Assembly (NCBI GenBank): GCA_030373505.1
Contig: JAUCYS010000016.1
Span: 7,576 to 71,575 of the forward strand
Direction: 5' to 3'
From: Parasphingorhabdus sp.
GTDB taxonomy: Bacteria; Pseudomonadota; Alphaproteobacteria; Sphingomonadales; Sphingomonadaceae
DNA: 64,000 nt
Shown here piece after piece: positions 28,626-38,670 of the stretch (its first letter is position 1; every line of letters begins with the position of its first letter). Below the pieces are notes generated by a model that saw only the letters and a program-made list of their open reading frames with translations, ran no database searches and had not been told where the DNA came from. The position numbers and the translations under genes were made by a program.

Positions 28626-29696
28626 TTAGAAATATGTTTTGGTGACATGACCCATTTTGCGGCCCGGCCTGGTCTCGCCCTTGCCATAGAGATGCAGGTG
28701 ATTGGCGCCGTCGGCCAGCAGCGCCTGCCATTCGTCCGCCTGTGGCCCGATCAGATTGTGCATCTCGACTCGCTTCGCCGCCAGCCCGGTGTCGCCGAGC
28801 GGCAGGCCGCAGATCGCACGGATATGATTCTCGAACTGGCTGGTGACCGCGCCTTCGATCGTCCAGTGGCCGCTATTGTGCACGCGCGGGGCCATCTCGT
28901 TGAAGACCGGCCCGGCTTCGGTGGCAAAAAATTCGCAGGTCAGCACGCCGACATAGTCCATCGCCTCGGCCATCCGGGCGGCCAGCGCCCGGGCCGCGTC
29001 CTGCTGCGCCAGGATGGCATCGGGGGCGGGCGTGGTCGAGATGGCCAAAATTCCGTCCTCATGGACATTGTGCGGCGTGTTCCAGAAGCGGACTTCGCCG
29101 TCCTGTCCGCGTACCAGGATCACCGAAAATTCGTGGGAAAAGGTCACGAAACCTTCGGCAACACAGGGCTTTCCGGCCACCGCCTGCCAATGGTCTTCGA
29201 GATCGTCTCCCCGTCTTATGCGGGACTGGCCCTTGCCGTCATAGCCCATGCGAATTGTCTTCAGGATCGCCGGGGTGCCGACCTCTGCTATTGCAATGTC
29301 AAGCGTGGCGCGATCGCTGACTTCCGCAAAGGGCGCCGTGGTGCCACCATGATCGCGCGCAAAGACTTTCTCGGCGATCCGGTTTTGCGCGATATCCAGC
29401 GCCGCAATCGGCGGATGCAGCGGTGCGCAGTCTCGGATCTCGTGCAAGGGCCCAACCGGGACATTTTCAAATTCGAAGGTGACCACGTCGCAGCTTTCGG
29501 CAAAGCGGGTGAGGGCAGCGACATCGTCATCCTGGGCGCAGGTGAACTCGGCGGCCACTTCGGCGGCGACGCTGTTCGCATTGGGCGCATAGACATGACA
29601 GCGATAGCCCAGTTGTGCCGCTGCCACGCTCAGCATCCGGCCAAGCTGGCCGCCGCCCAATATGCCAATGGTTGATCCGGGAGGAAGGGTGCGCAT
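28626..29696 (-). CDS. purK: N5-CAIR synthase
   Basis: GILGGGQLGRM, GYDGKGQ, EMAPRVHNSGH, GRKMGH motifs. Confidence 0.97.
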   Translation of the reverse strand: MRTLPPGSTIGILGGGQLGRMLSVAAAQLGYRCHVYAPNANSVAAEVAAEFTCAQDDDVAALTRFAESCDVVTFEFENVPVGPLHEIRDCAPLHPPIAALDIAQNRIAEKVFARDHGGTTAPFAEVSDRATLDIAIAEVGTPAILKTIRMGYDGKGQSRIRRGDDLEDHWQAVAGKPCVAEGFVTFSHEFSVILVRGQDGEVRFWNTPHNVHEDGILAISTTPAPDAILAQQDAARALAARMAEAMDYVGVLTCEFFATEAGPVFNEMAPRVHNSGHWTIEGAVTSQFENHIRAICGLPLGDTGLAAKRVEMHNLIGPQADEWQALLADGANHLHLYGKGETRPGRKMGHVTKTYF

Positions 29697-29704
29697 AGGG
29701 ATGG

Positions 29705-30193
29705 TTATGCAGGCTCGTCGGCGACGGCGTCGGTCTGCGCCGCGCGCCAGGCGTCCAGCCGCTCTGCCAGCGCCGGATCGGAATTGGCGAGTATCGCCGC
29801 TGCCAGCAGCGCCGCATTTTTCGCGCCCGCGTCGCCGATCGCCAGCGTTCCGACCGGGATGCCCGCCGGCATCTGGGCGATCGAGAGCAGGCTGTCGATG
29901 CCGCTCAGTGCCTTGGACTGAATGGGTACTCCGAGCACCGGAAGCCGGGTCATAGAAGCCGCCATGCCCGGCAGATGGGCGGCTCCGCCGGCCCCCGCAA
30001 TGATGACTTTCAGGCCGCGTTCGGCCGCCGAAGTCGCATAGTCATAGAGGCGGCCAGGGGTGCGGTGTGCCGAGACGATCTTCTTCTCGTGCGCTATGTG
30101 CAACTCGTCCAGAATGTCGCTGGCGAGCTTCATCGTAGCCCAGTCGGACTGGCTGCCCATGATTATTCCAACCGGAGGAGGTGCTTCGACCAT
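29705..30193 (-). CDS. purE: N5-CAIR mutase
   Basis: [25 protein letters not shown] motifs. Confidence 0.97.
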   Translation of the reverse strand: MVEAPPPVGIIMGSQSDWATMKLASDILDELHIAHEKKIVSAHRTPGRLYDYATSAAERGLKVIIAGAGGAAHLPGMAASMTRLPVLGVPIQSKALSGIDSLLSIAQMPAGIPVGTLAIGDAGAKNAALLAAAILANSDPALAERLDAWRAAQTDAVADEPA

Positions 30194-30423
30194 TTCTGCC
30201 CCTGACAAATACTGCGGAAGCAAAGCCGTTTAGTCGGGAATGTCTGCCGACGCAATGACGCTTATGGCGCCAAGGGAAATTCCTGAAGCCGGGTCTGAAC
30301 TGGCCCGATGAGGTCAGTTTCCGGGATCAGGGACGCAACTATAGGTTCGTTTTCTGAATAACCTGTTGTATTTTAAAATATATATAAATATAATTTGCAT
30401 CAGAACTAGGGATCGCAAATAAA

Positions 30424-30996
30424 ATGCAACCAGATCAAGCGGGGCATCCTCCAAATTGCGGACAATGCGCCATATTAAGGCGGGAAATAGTTGTTCTGAA
30501 AGAGCAGCTGGCTGAAATGAAGCAGCACGCCTATCATGATGCCCTGACCGGACTTTCAAACCGCCGCCTTTTTGTTGAGAGCCTTCAGGACCGCGTCGCA
30601 AGATGCCAGCGATATGGCGACAATTGTGCGGTTTTGTTTGTCGATGTCGACAATCTGAAGGCGGTCAATGACGAACATGGCCATTCCGTCGGAGACGCAC
30701 TGCTGGTCCGGTTGTCGGAGATATTGAAAGGGCATATCCGGACATCGGATGTTGTAGCGCGAATTGGCGGCGATGAGTTCGCGCTGCTGCTCGACAATCT
30801 GAATGGCGATCAGGTGGCGGACAAGATCGACTTTCTCCTTGAACAATTCCGCAATGAAAATTTTGTCTACGACGGCAAGAAATTGCCTTTCGGTGCTTCG
30901 ATCGGCTATTGTTTCGTGGGTCCAAGGGACACGACGGAGGGGCTCATGTCCCGCGCCGATGCCGCCATGTACCGAGCGAAAGACGGGTCCAGATAA
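30424..30996 (+). CDS. Small diguanylate cyclase (coiled coil plus GGDEF)
   Basis: HDALTGLSNRR, RTSD I-site, GGDEF. Confidence 0.92.
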   Translation: MQPDQAGHPPNCGQCAILRREIVVLKEQLAEMKQHAYHDALTGLSNRRLFVESLQDRVARCQRYGDNCAVLFVDVDNLKAVNDEHGHSVGDALLVRLSEILKGHIRTSDVVARIGGDEFALLLDNLNGDQVADKIDFLLEQFRNENFVYDGKKLPFGASIGYCFVGPRDTTEGLMSRADAAMYRAKDGSR

Positions 30997-31051
30997 GAGC
31001 TGTCGCTAGCGGTCTCGCTGCATTGCAGAGCGGACCTGCCTGGCCCCGGAA

Positions 31052-31738
31052 CTAACGCTCCGAGAGATAATAGCGTTCAATCTCGTTAAGCTCGTCGTCC
31101 AGCTCATAGATGATCGGCTGGCCCGTCGGTATTTCCAGTCCCGTGATCTCGTCGTCCGGAATTTTGGACAGATGCTTGACCAGCGCGCGCAAGCTGTTGC
31201 CATGCGCCGAGATCAATATGCGTTTGCCATTCTGCAATTCAGGGGCAATCCGGCTTTTCCAGTAGGGCAATACCCGTGCAATCGTATCCTTCAGGCTTTC
31301 CGTCGACGGCACTTCAATGCCCTTGTAGCGCGGGTCGCTGGACATCTGATAGGGACTGTCCGAAGCCATGGGCGGCGGCGGCGTGTCAAAGCTGCGGCGC
31401 CAGATATGGACCTGTTCGTCGCCATGCTGCTCGCGCGTTTCCTGCTTGTTGAGGCCCGTCAGGCCGCCGTAATGGCGCTCGTTGAGCCGATAGTTTTTCT
31501 CCACCGGCAGCCACAGCCGGCCCATTTCCTCGAGTGCGAGGTTGAGCGTCTTGATCGCCCGCGTCTGGACGCTGGTGAAACAGGCATCCGGATCGATGCC
31601 GCGTTCTTTCATCAGCTGTCCGGCGGCTTTTGCCTCCTCAACGCCCTTTTCGGTGACATCGACATCCCACCATCCGGTAAAGCGGTTTTCGAGATTCCAT
31701 TGCGACTGGCCGTGGCGAAGAAGGATGAGTTGCGGCAT
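31052..31738 (-). CDS. gpmA: 2,3-BPG-dependent phosphoglycerate mutase
   Basis: LRHGQSQWN, NERHYG, AHGNSLR motifs. Confidence 0.97.
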   Translation of the reverse strand: MPQLILLRHGQSQWNLENRFTGWWDVDVTEKGVEEAKAAGQLMKERGIDPDACFTSVQTRAIKTLNLALEEMGRLWLPVEKNYRLNERHYGGLTGLNKQETREQHGDEQVHIWRRSFDTPPPPMASDSPYQMSSDPRYKGIEVPSTESLKDTIARVLPYWKSRIAPELQNGKRILISAHGNSLRALVKHLSKIPDDEITGLEIPTGQPIIYELDDELNEIERYYLSER

Positions 31739-32180
31739 TGATGGTCCTTAAGCTTGTTTCGATCACCCCTAGCGGCGATGACAGGGGCCGCCAAGAGTGA
31801 TTTCGGATGATTATCGGGAACCATTGTCGTCAGGAGTGTGGAAAGCCAGTGGGATCGAGCCAAAGTGCGGGCGCGCCATTTTTGCCCGCTGACGGCAGCG
31901 GGCTGCTCAGCCGCTGATCCTCGCTGCCGTTACGGCAACCGCCGGAAATGGCCGTGTCATTTTTGCATCTCTCTTTGAAAAGGGTCCCGGCAAGCGGGAT
32001 TTCTGCCTCGATTCAATGTAACATTTTTGCAACGTTTGTGTGGGAATCGGTGTTTGTCTGCGCCTCTCCGCTTGATCTAACGGCTCAATTAAACGACGGA
32101 CGGCGCCCCACAGCTGTCGTAAATACAAGCCATCCCCCAGCAAAATGGCGATGACGACAACGAGTTCAACAGGAGTAAAT

Positions 32181-34736
32181 ATGAAGATCTTCAATAAATT
32201 TCTGATGGCGGCGCTTTGCACGTCCGCCATGACCACCCCCGCCTTGGCCCAGGATCAGGCCCCGGATGATGCGCAGCAAACAGAATCCTATGATGATAAT
32301 GTGATCATCGTGACCGCGACCCGTCGTGCGCAGGATGTACAGGCCATTCCTCTCGCCGTGACCGCCGTGAGCCCCGTTCAACTCGAACGCCAGGGCGTGG
32401 TCAGTGTCAGCCAGATTACCAATGTCTCCTCCAGCTTCTCCACCTCGAACGCGCAATTAGCATCGGGTTCCGTCGTGCTGCGCATCCGCGGTGTCGGCAC
32501 GACCTCGAACAATATCGGTTTTGAATCGGCTGTCGGTATCTTCATCGATGGTGCCTATCAGTCCCGTCCGGGTGTCGCGCTCTCCGAATTTGTCGACGTC
32601 GAGCGCGTCGAAGTGCTGCGCGGCCCACAGGGCACGCTGTTCGGTCGCAACACCTCGGCCGGTGCTCTCAACATCACCAATGTTCGTCCCGACCTCAGCG
32701 AATTCGGTGGCTTCGCCAATGCCACCTATGGCAATCGCGATCTTTACGGCGTCCAGGGCGCGGTCAATGTGCCGATCGTTCAGGACAAGCTCGCTCTGCG
32801 CGTCACCGGCGCCTATCGCGAACGCGACGGCTATGTCACCGTGGTTGACGGCAGCGGCGCAAAGATCGGTGAATCGAACGGCACCGACCAGTATCTGGTC
32901 CGCGGCCAGCTCGGTTTCGAAAGCGACAGCGGCATCCGCGGCCGTCTGATCGGCGACTATGCCAAGAGCTCCGCCGGTTGCTGCACACCCGTTGAAGTCC
33001 TGAAATCCCCGCTGGAAACGTCAGGCCTGTTCGCTGCTGTCGGACTTGGCCCTCGTGGCGGCATGGCGGCACCGGTTGTTCCGTCGAGCCCGTTCGATAC
33101 GACCAATGCTCAGGTTGCAGTCGACAACCGCATCGCGACCGCCAATTTTGCGCCACAGACGAAATTTGACCAATGGGGCGTCACTGGCGAAATCGAAGTA
33201 CCCCTGGGTGATGTCGCCGACCTGATCTATATCGGATCCTATCGCGAATATGACGCCGTCGAAGCCTATGATTCCGATTTCTCGGCGCTGGACGTGTTCA
33301 ACGTCACCGACAACCAGACCTCGATCGAAACCATGACCCACGAACTGCGGGTCCAGGGCGAAGCCTTTGACGGAGCCCTGAATTGGCTCGTTGGTGGATA
33401 TTATTCCAAGGAAGATATCTCGCAGAGCGTGTCATTCGCGCTCGGCGCGGACTTCGACCGGCTCGTCGGTGCCACCCTGGCCGGTGCTACCGGAGGCGCC
33501 AGCCTGAATCCGGCTAGCCCGATTTTCTTCGGCGCAACCCCGCTGCAGAATATCACCGGCTTTGATCCGTCGACCATCACCAACAACAACCAATATGCGC
33601 AAAATAGCAAAAGCTGGTCGATCTTCACGCATAATACGCTTGAAGTGACCGATGGGCTCGAGCTGACGGTTGGTCTGCGCTATTCGGATGAAAGCAAGGA
33701 TGGCAGCTTCGTCAGCGGCGGCGGCAACAATCCGGTTTGCCCGGCAATTGTTGGTGCAATCTCTCCCGGTGGCAGTTTGAGTGGACTGCCTGCCGCTCTG
33801 CAGAACGCGTTTTTCGGTCTCGGCTGCTTCGCCTTCACGTCGCCGGCCGATGCGCCTTATGCTGCAGTCCTGCCATCCCCGCGGACCTTCAGCAGCCAGT
33901 ATAAGGACAATGAACTGATCTACACCGGCAAGATCGCTTATGCCTTTGCCGATCCGGTCAATGTCTATGCCAGCTTCACCCACGGCTATAAATCGGGTGG
34001 CTTCAACCTGGACTCGACGGCTGCCGTCGGCGGCGCTGATCCGCGCTTTGCTTCGGAAACCGTCAATGCCTACGAAGTTGGCCTGAAAGCCAAGTTCCTG
34101 GACAATGCGGTGACATTGAACCTGGCTGCGTTCCGTGAGGAATTCACCAACTTCCAGGTTCTGGAATTCACCGGTGCCCAGTTCCAGACCTTTAACGTTC
34201 CGAAGGCGGAAACCCAGGGCGTGGAAATCGAAACGACGATCCGTCCGGACGAGCATTTCACGGTCAATGCTGCCATGACGATCACCGATGCCAACTATCC
34301 GAATGATTGCGCCGGTACCCAGACCGCTGCGAACGTCCTGGCCTTGTGTGGCAATTCGCTGACCAACGCACCGGATATTGTCGGTATTGCAGGCGCTACC
34401 TATACCAATGATATTGGCAGCAACCTGAAATATTTCCTCAACGCCCAGGTGCGTATGGAAAGCGATCGCCGGACTTCGACCCAGGCGATTGATCCCGCGA
34501 ATCTCGCGGCGAATATCCCGGTTCCGTTCGATGAGCAGGATGGCAACATCAAGATCAACCTGCGCGCCGGTATCGGCAGCCAGGATGACGTCTGGGGCCT
34601 CGAGGCCTTCGTGACCAACCTGACCAATGAAGTGACGCGCGGCGTGACCTTCAACACGGTGGCGCGTTCCGGTTCGCGGTCGGCTTTCATCCAGGAACCC
34701 CGCAGCTACGGACTGACCCTGCGCGGCAAGTTCTAG
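32181..34736 (+). CDS. TonB-dependent receptor
   Basis: IIVTATRR, VEVLRGPQGTLFGRN, C-terminal PRSYGLTLRGKF; AGGAG RBS. Confidence 0.95.
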   Translation: MKIFNKFLMAALCTSAMTTPALAQDQAPDDAQQTESYDDNVIIVTATRRAQDVQAIPLAVTAVSPVQLERQGVVSVSQITNVSSSFSTSNAQLASGSVVLRIRGVGTTSNNIGFESAVGIFIDGAYQSRPGVALSEFVDVERVEVLRGPQGTLFGRNTSAGALNITNVRPDLSEFGGFANATYGNRDLYGVQGAVNVPIVQDKLALRVTGAYRERDGYVTVVDGSGAKIGESNGTDQYLVRGQLGFESDSGIRGRLIGDYAKSSAGCCTPVEVLKSPLETSGLFAAVGLGPRGGMAAPVVPSSPFDTTNAQVAVDNRIATANFAPQTKFDQWGVTGEIEVPLGDVADLIYIGSYREYDAVEAYDSDFSALDVFNVTDNQTSIETMTHELRVQGEAFDGALNWLVGGYYSKEDISQSVSFALGADFDRLVGATLAGATGGASLNPASPIFFGATPLQNITGFDPSTITNNNQYAQNSKSWSIFTHNTLEVTDGLELTVGLRYSDESKDGSFVSGGGNNPVCPAIVGAISPGGSLSGLPAALQNAFFGLGCFAFTSPADAPYAAVLPSPRTFSSQYKDNELIYTGKIAYAFADPVNVYASFTHGYKSGGFNLDSTAAVGGADPRFASETVNAYEVGLKAKFLDNAVTLNLAAFREEFTNFQVLEFTGAQFQTFNVPKAETQGVEIETTIRPDEHFTVNAAMTITDANYPNDCAGTQTAANVLALCGNSLTNAPDIVGIAGATYTNDIGSNLKYFLNAQVRMESDRRTSTQAIDPANLAANIPVPFDEQDGNIKINLRAGIGSQDDVWGLEAFVTNLTNEVTRGVTFNTVARSGSRSAFIQEPRSYGLTLRGKF

Positions 34737-34776
34737 GCCAGCACCAAACAGGGTGGCATTTTGCCACCAGACAATC

Positions 34777-34804
34777 AGGGGCCGGGTTTTCCGGCCCCTT
34801 TTTA
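34777..34804 (+). terminator. Intrinsic terminator
   Basis: AGGGGCCGG-GTTTT-CCGGCCCCT followed by a T-run. Confidence 0.8.
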
Positions 34805-34841
34805 TTGCGCGGCCCCGCCATTGATGCAAAAGACGAAGCCT

Positions 34842-36002
34842 ATGAAAAAATTTGTCTTCCAGACGGTTCCCGTGCTCCATTTCGGCGAAGGCTGCCTTGC
34901 TGAACTGCCCGGCCAGATCGCTGCCCTGCGCGCCTCGCGGCCGATGATCGTCACCGACAGGGGTATAGTCGACGCCGGACTGATTGCACCGGTTGAACAG
35001 ACCTTGCGCGCCGCCGGTCTCGAGGTCGCGATCTTCGACTCCGTGGTCGCCGATCCGCCGGAGAAAATCGTCTTGCAGGCGATCGACACTGCGAAAGCGG
35101 CCGGCGTCGATATCGTCATCGGTCTCGGTGGCGGCAGCTCGCTCGACACCGCGAAGGTGGTCGCTGCGCTCGCGGTGGACGGTGCCCAGCCGCTGGCCGA
35201 AATTTACGGCGTCGGCGCGCTGCAGCGCAAGGGCCTGCCGACCATATTGATCCCGACCACCTCCGGCACCGGATCGGAGGTCACCGCGATCTCGATCCTG
35301 ACCACCGGCGAAACCACCAAGGCGGGTATCGTCTCGCCTTATCTGTTTGCCGATGTCGCGCTGCTCGATCCGGCGCTGACCCTCGGATTGCCCGCCGCCG
35401 TCACCGCCGCCACCGGCATCGATGCAATGGTCCACGCGATCGAGGCCTTTACCGGTCGCCATGCCAAGAATCCGGTCTCCGACATGCTGGCAATCGAGGC
35501 GCTCAGGCTGCTCACGACCAATATCGAAACCGCCTGTTCCGACGGCAGCAATATCGCGGCCCGCGAGGCCATGCTGCGCGGATCGATGCTCGCCGGCCAG
35601 GCCTTTGCCAATTCGCCGGTCGGCGCGATCCACGCGCTCGCCTATCCGCTCGGCGGCATCTATCATGTCCCACACGGCGTCTCCAACGCGCTGGTCATGC
35701 CCTATGTGATGCAGTTCAATCTCGAGGCCGCCGCTCCGCTCTACGCCCAGCTGGCCGATGCGCTGGATGTGCCGCGCGGCAGCGAGAACAGCGAAGAGGC
35801 GAGGGCACAGCAACTGATCGACTATCTCGAAGGTCTGGCGGTCAAGGTGAAGGCACCCCGCAAGTTGCGCGAGATCGGCATCAAACAGGATGCGACAAGC
35901 GAACTGGCGGAAGCGGCGATGCTGCAGACCCGCCTGCTGATGAACAATCCGAAAGAACTGACCCAGGCCGACGCGCAGAGGATCTACGATGCCGCCTGGT
36001 AA
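34842..36002 (+). CDS. Iron-containing alcohol dehydrogenase
   Basis: GLGGGSSLD, PTTSGTGSEVT, DAMVHAIE, HALAYPLG, HG motifs. Confidence 0.93.
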   Translation: MKKFVFQTVPVLHFGEGCLAELPGQIAALRASRPMIVTDRGIVDAGLIAPVEQTLRAAGLEVAIFDSVVADPPEKIVLQAIDTAKAAGVDIVIGLGGGSSLDTAKVVAALAVDGAQPLAEIYGVGALQRKGLPTILIPTTSGTGSEVTAISILTTGETTKAGIVSPYLFADVALLDPALTLGLPAAVTAATGIDAMVHAIEAFTGRHAKNPVSDMLAIEALRLLTTNIETACSDGSNIAAREAMLRGSMLAGQAFANSPVGAIHALAYPLGGIYHVPHGVSNALVMPYVMQFNLEAAAPLYAQLADALDVPRGSENSEEARAQQLIDYLEGLAVKVKAPRKLREIGIKQDATSELAEAAMLQTRLLMNNPKELTQADAQRIYDAAW

Positions 36003-36438
36003 GAGCGCCAGGGCGGAACCGCCGGTCCGCTCCGCCTATCGCGCCGGCTCGCTGATCACCACCCGCTGGAATGACAATGACCCCTATGGCCATGTCAACA
36101 ACGCCATCTATTATTTCTGGTTCGACACCGCGGTAAACCGCTATCTGGTCGAGCAGGGCGCGCTCGATATCACCGGCGGCGCGACCATCGGCCTGGTCGT
36201 CAACACCAGCTGCGACTATTTTTCCCCGATCGCCTTTCCCGACGGCGTGATGGCCCGCATCCGCGTCGACCGGCTCGGCAACAGCAGCGTCACCTATGGC
36301 GTCGGCCTGTTTCGCGGCGACGAGGATATCGCCTCCGCCGCCGGCAGCTTCACCCATGTCTATGTCGACCGCGAAACGCGTCGGCCGGTTTCTCTTCCCG
36401 ACCCCTTGCGTTCCGCGCTGGAAGCGATAGAGCTTTAA
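35989..36438 (+). CDS. Acyl-CoA thioesterase (4HBT-like)
   Basis: RWNDNDPYGHVNNAIY motif. Confidence 0.92.
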   Translation: MPPGKSARAEPPVRSAYRAGSLITTRWNDNDPYGHVNNAIYYFWFDTAVNRYLVEQGALDITGGATIGLVVNTSCDYFSPIAFPDGVMARIRVDRLGNSSVTYGVGLFRGDEDIASAAGSFTHVYVDRETRRPVSLPDPLRSALEAIEL

Positions 36439-36467
36439 TCAACTGATTAAACTCTTGGGAGAGAGAT

Positions 36468-37610
36468 ATGCTTCGACCGTTTGACAATGACGAACGCCGT
36501 GAATTTCGCGCCACCTGCCGCCGCTTCATCGAAACCGAATTGCAGCCGCACGCCAACGAATGGGACGAGGCCGGCGAAATCCCCTGGGAAATGCACCAGA
36601 AGGTCGGCGCACTCGGCGTCTGGGGCTTTGGCGTCGACGAGAAATATGGCGGCCTCGGCATGGACGATATCTTCATGCGCGCTGCCTGGGGCGAGGAAGC
36701 GGCCCGTGCCCATAATGGCGGTACGCTGGCAGCGCTCGGCGGCCGCTCGATCTCGATCGGCCCGATCCACAAGCTGGCGTCCGAGGAGATCAAGGACCGC
36801 ATCCTCAAGGATATCGTGCTCGGCAACAAGGGCTCCAGCCTCGGCATCACCGAGCCCGGCGGCGGCTCCGATGTTGCCAATATGCAGACCACCGCTCGCC
36901 AGGACGGTAATCACTGGGTGATCAACGGTGCCAAGACCTTCATCACCGGCGGCATGACCGCCGACTATTATGTCATCGGTGCCCGCACCGGCGGCGAGGG
37001 GCTGGACGGTATCTCGCTGTTCCTGGTCGAAAAGGATGCCGAGGGTTTCTCGCGCACCGCGCTCGACAAGAAAATGGGCTGGTGGGCCTCGGACCAGGCC
37101 TCGCTCTATTTCGACGAGGTGCGCGTGCCCGCCGAGAACATGCTCGGCGAAGAGGGCCGGGGCTTCATCCAGATCATGCACAATTTCAACCATGAACGGC
37201 TCGGCATGGTTGCGCAGAGCCTCGGTATGATGCGGGTGCTGCTCGAATATGCGATTGATTATGCGCAGCAGCGCCAGACCTTCGGCAAGCCGCTGATCCG
37301 CCATCAGGTGATCCGCCACAAGATCGCCGAGATGTCGGCCCGCATCGACCGGCTCGACGCCTGGCTCAACCAGATCTGCTGGCTCGCCGAACAGGGCGAG
37401 ATGCCGGTCGCGCAGATCTGCAAGGCCAAGTTCAGTGCGACCAAGGATCTCGAATATTGCGCCAGCGAGGCGATGCAGATCCTCGGCGGCGCCGGCTATC
37501 TGCGCGGCAACCCGGTCGAGCGCTTCTACCGCGAGGTCAAGGTGATGGCGATCGGCGGTGGCTCGGAGGAAATCATGCGCGATCTCGCGGTCCGGCAAAT
37601 GGGCCTCTGA
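36468..37610 (+). CDS. Acyl-CoA dehydrogenase
   Basis: ITEPGGGSD, NGAKTFIT, RQTFGKPL, QILGGAGY, IGGGSEEIM motifs. Confidence 0.95.
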   Translation: MLRPFDNDERREFRATCRRFIETELQPHANEWDEAGEIPWEMHQKVGALGVWGFGVDEKYGGLGMDDIFMRAAWGEEAARAHNGGTLAALGGRSISIGPIHKLASEEIKDRILKDIVLGNKGSSLGITEPGGGSDVANMQTTARQDGNHWVINGAKTFITGGMTADYYVIGARTGGEGLDGISLFLVEKDAEGFSRTALDKKMGWWASDQASLYFDEVRVPAENMLGEEGRGFIQIMHNFNHERLGMVAQSLGMMRVLLEYAIDYAQQRQTFGKPLIRHQVIRHKIAEMSARIDRLDAWLNQICWLAEQGEMPVAQICKAKFSATKDLEYCASEAMQILGGAGYLRGNPVERFYREVKVMAIGGGSEEIMRDLAVRQMGL

Positions 37611-37658
37611 TCCCGCTTGCCATTTCCGCGTCCGGGTGGATAAGCAGCGCGTCCGAAC

Positions 37659-37686
37659 ACCGTTCGTGCTGAGCCTGTCGAAGCAC
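37659..37686 (+). repeat. Solo REP-like unit of the 25633 family
   Basis: ACCGTTCGTGCTGAGCCTGTCGAAGCAC. Confidence 0.8.
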
Positions 37687-37729
37687 GCAGCGGCAACAGG
37701 CAAACAACCGGCCTCGACACTATGGGCTG

Positions 37730-38665
37730 ATGGAACCACATATGTCCGATTTGATCTCTGCCGACCGCCAAACCGAGGATGCGCCGCCCCTGTTGCCCTC
37801 GGGCTCGGTGCTGATCGGCCTGCTGTCCTTCGCGATGATGGATGTGGCGATGAAGCGCCTGTCGATCGACCTCGGCGCCTATAATGCGCTGCTCTGGCGG
37901 GTGCTGACCGCGCTGGTGCTGGTCTCGATCCTCTACCTGCCGCGTCGCCCGAAAATGCCGGGCCCGACCGCGCGCAAGGTGCACCTGCAGCGCGGTATCA
38001 TCGTCGTCTTCATGTCCTATCTCTTCTTCTGGGGCCTCGCGCGGGTGCCGCTGGCGGAGGCAATCGCGCTGTCCTTCATCGCCCCGATCATCGCTCTCTA
38101 TCTGGCAGCGGTGTTCCTCGGCGAGACCATCCACCGCAATGCCATCTATGCCTCGCTGCTCGGCTTCGGCGGTGTTCTGGTGATCGCATGGGGCAGGGCG
38201 TCGGGCGACTATGATGAAGCGGCGCTGCTCGGGATCGGCGCGATCCTGGCATCCGCCGTGCTCTATGCCGGCAATCTGGTGATCCAGCGACAGCAGGCCC
38301 TGCTCGCCGGCCCGCTCGAGATCAGCTTCTCGCAAAATCTGATCATCGGCGTCTCTTTCCTGCTGCTTGCGCCCTTCTTCGCGGTGCTTCCCGACCGCGC
38401 CTCGCTCCCCTATATCGGGGCCGGCGCGGCCCTGTCGGTGATCTCGGCCCTGTTCATCGCCTGGGGCTACCGGCGGGCCGAGGCGAAATATCTGATCAAT
38501 CTGGAATATAGCGCCTTCATCTGGGCGGCAATCTTCGGCTGGCTGTTCTTCCGCGAACCGATCAGCTGGACCACGGTGGCTGGCGCCCTGCTGATCGTTG
38601 CCGGCTGCTATCTCGCCACCCGCCGCGACCGCAAGGTCGCGCATATCGAAACGACCGCGGTCTGA
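37730..38665 (+). CDS. DMT/EamA family transporter
   Basis: About 10 TM segments; PLAEAIALSFIAP and LFFREPI motifs. Start may be 37742. Confidence 0.9.
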   Translation: MEPHMSDLISADRQTEDAPPLLPSGSVLIGLLSFAMMDVAMKRLSIDLGAYNALLWRVLTALVLVSILYLPRRPKMPGPTARKVHLQRGIIVVFMSYLFFWGLARVPLAEAIALSFIAPIIALYLAAVFLGETIHRNAIYASLLGFGGVLVIAWGRASGDYDEAALLGIGAILASAVLYAGNLVIQRQQALLAGPLEISFSQNLIIGVSFLLLAPFFAVLPDRASLPYIGAGAALSVISALFIAWGYRRAEAKYLINLEYSAFIWAAIFGWLFFREPISWTTVAGALLIVAGCYLATRRDRKVAHIETTAV

Positions 38666-38670
38666 CCGCC

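Noticed and set aside
31740-32180. Riboswitch or sRNA in the long leader of the TonB receptor
   Set aside because: No cobalamin or TPP consensus recognised; only weak dyads.
36436-36451. Second CtrA box before the acyl-CoA dehydrogenase
   Set aside because: Spacing is TTAA-N8-TTAA, not N7.
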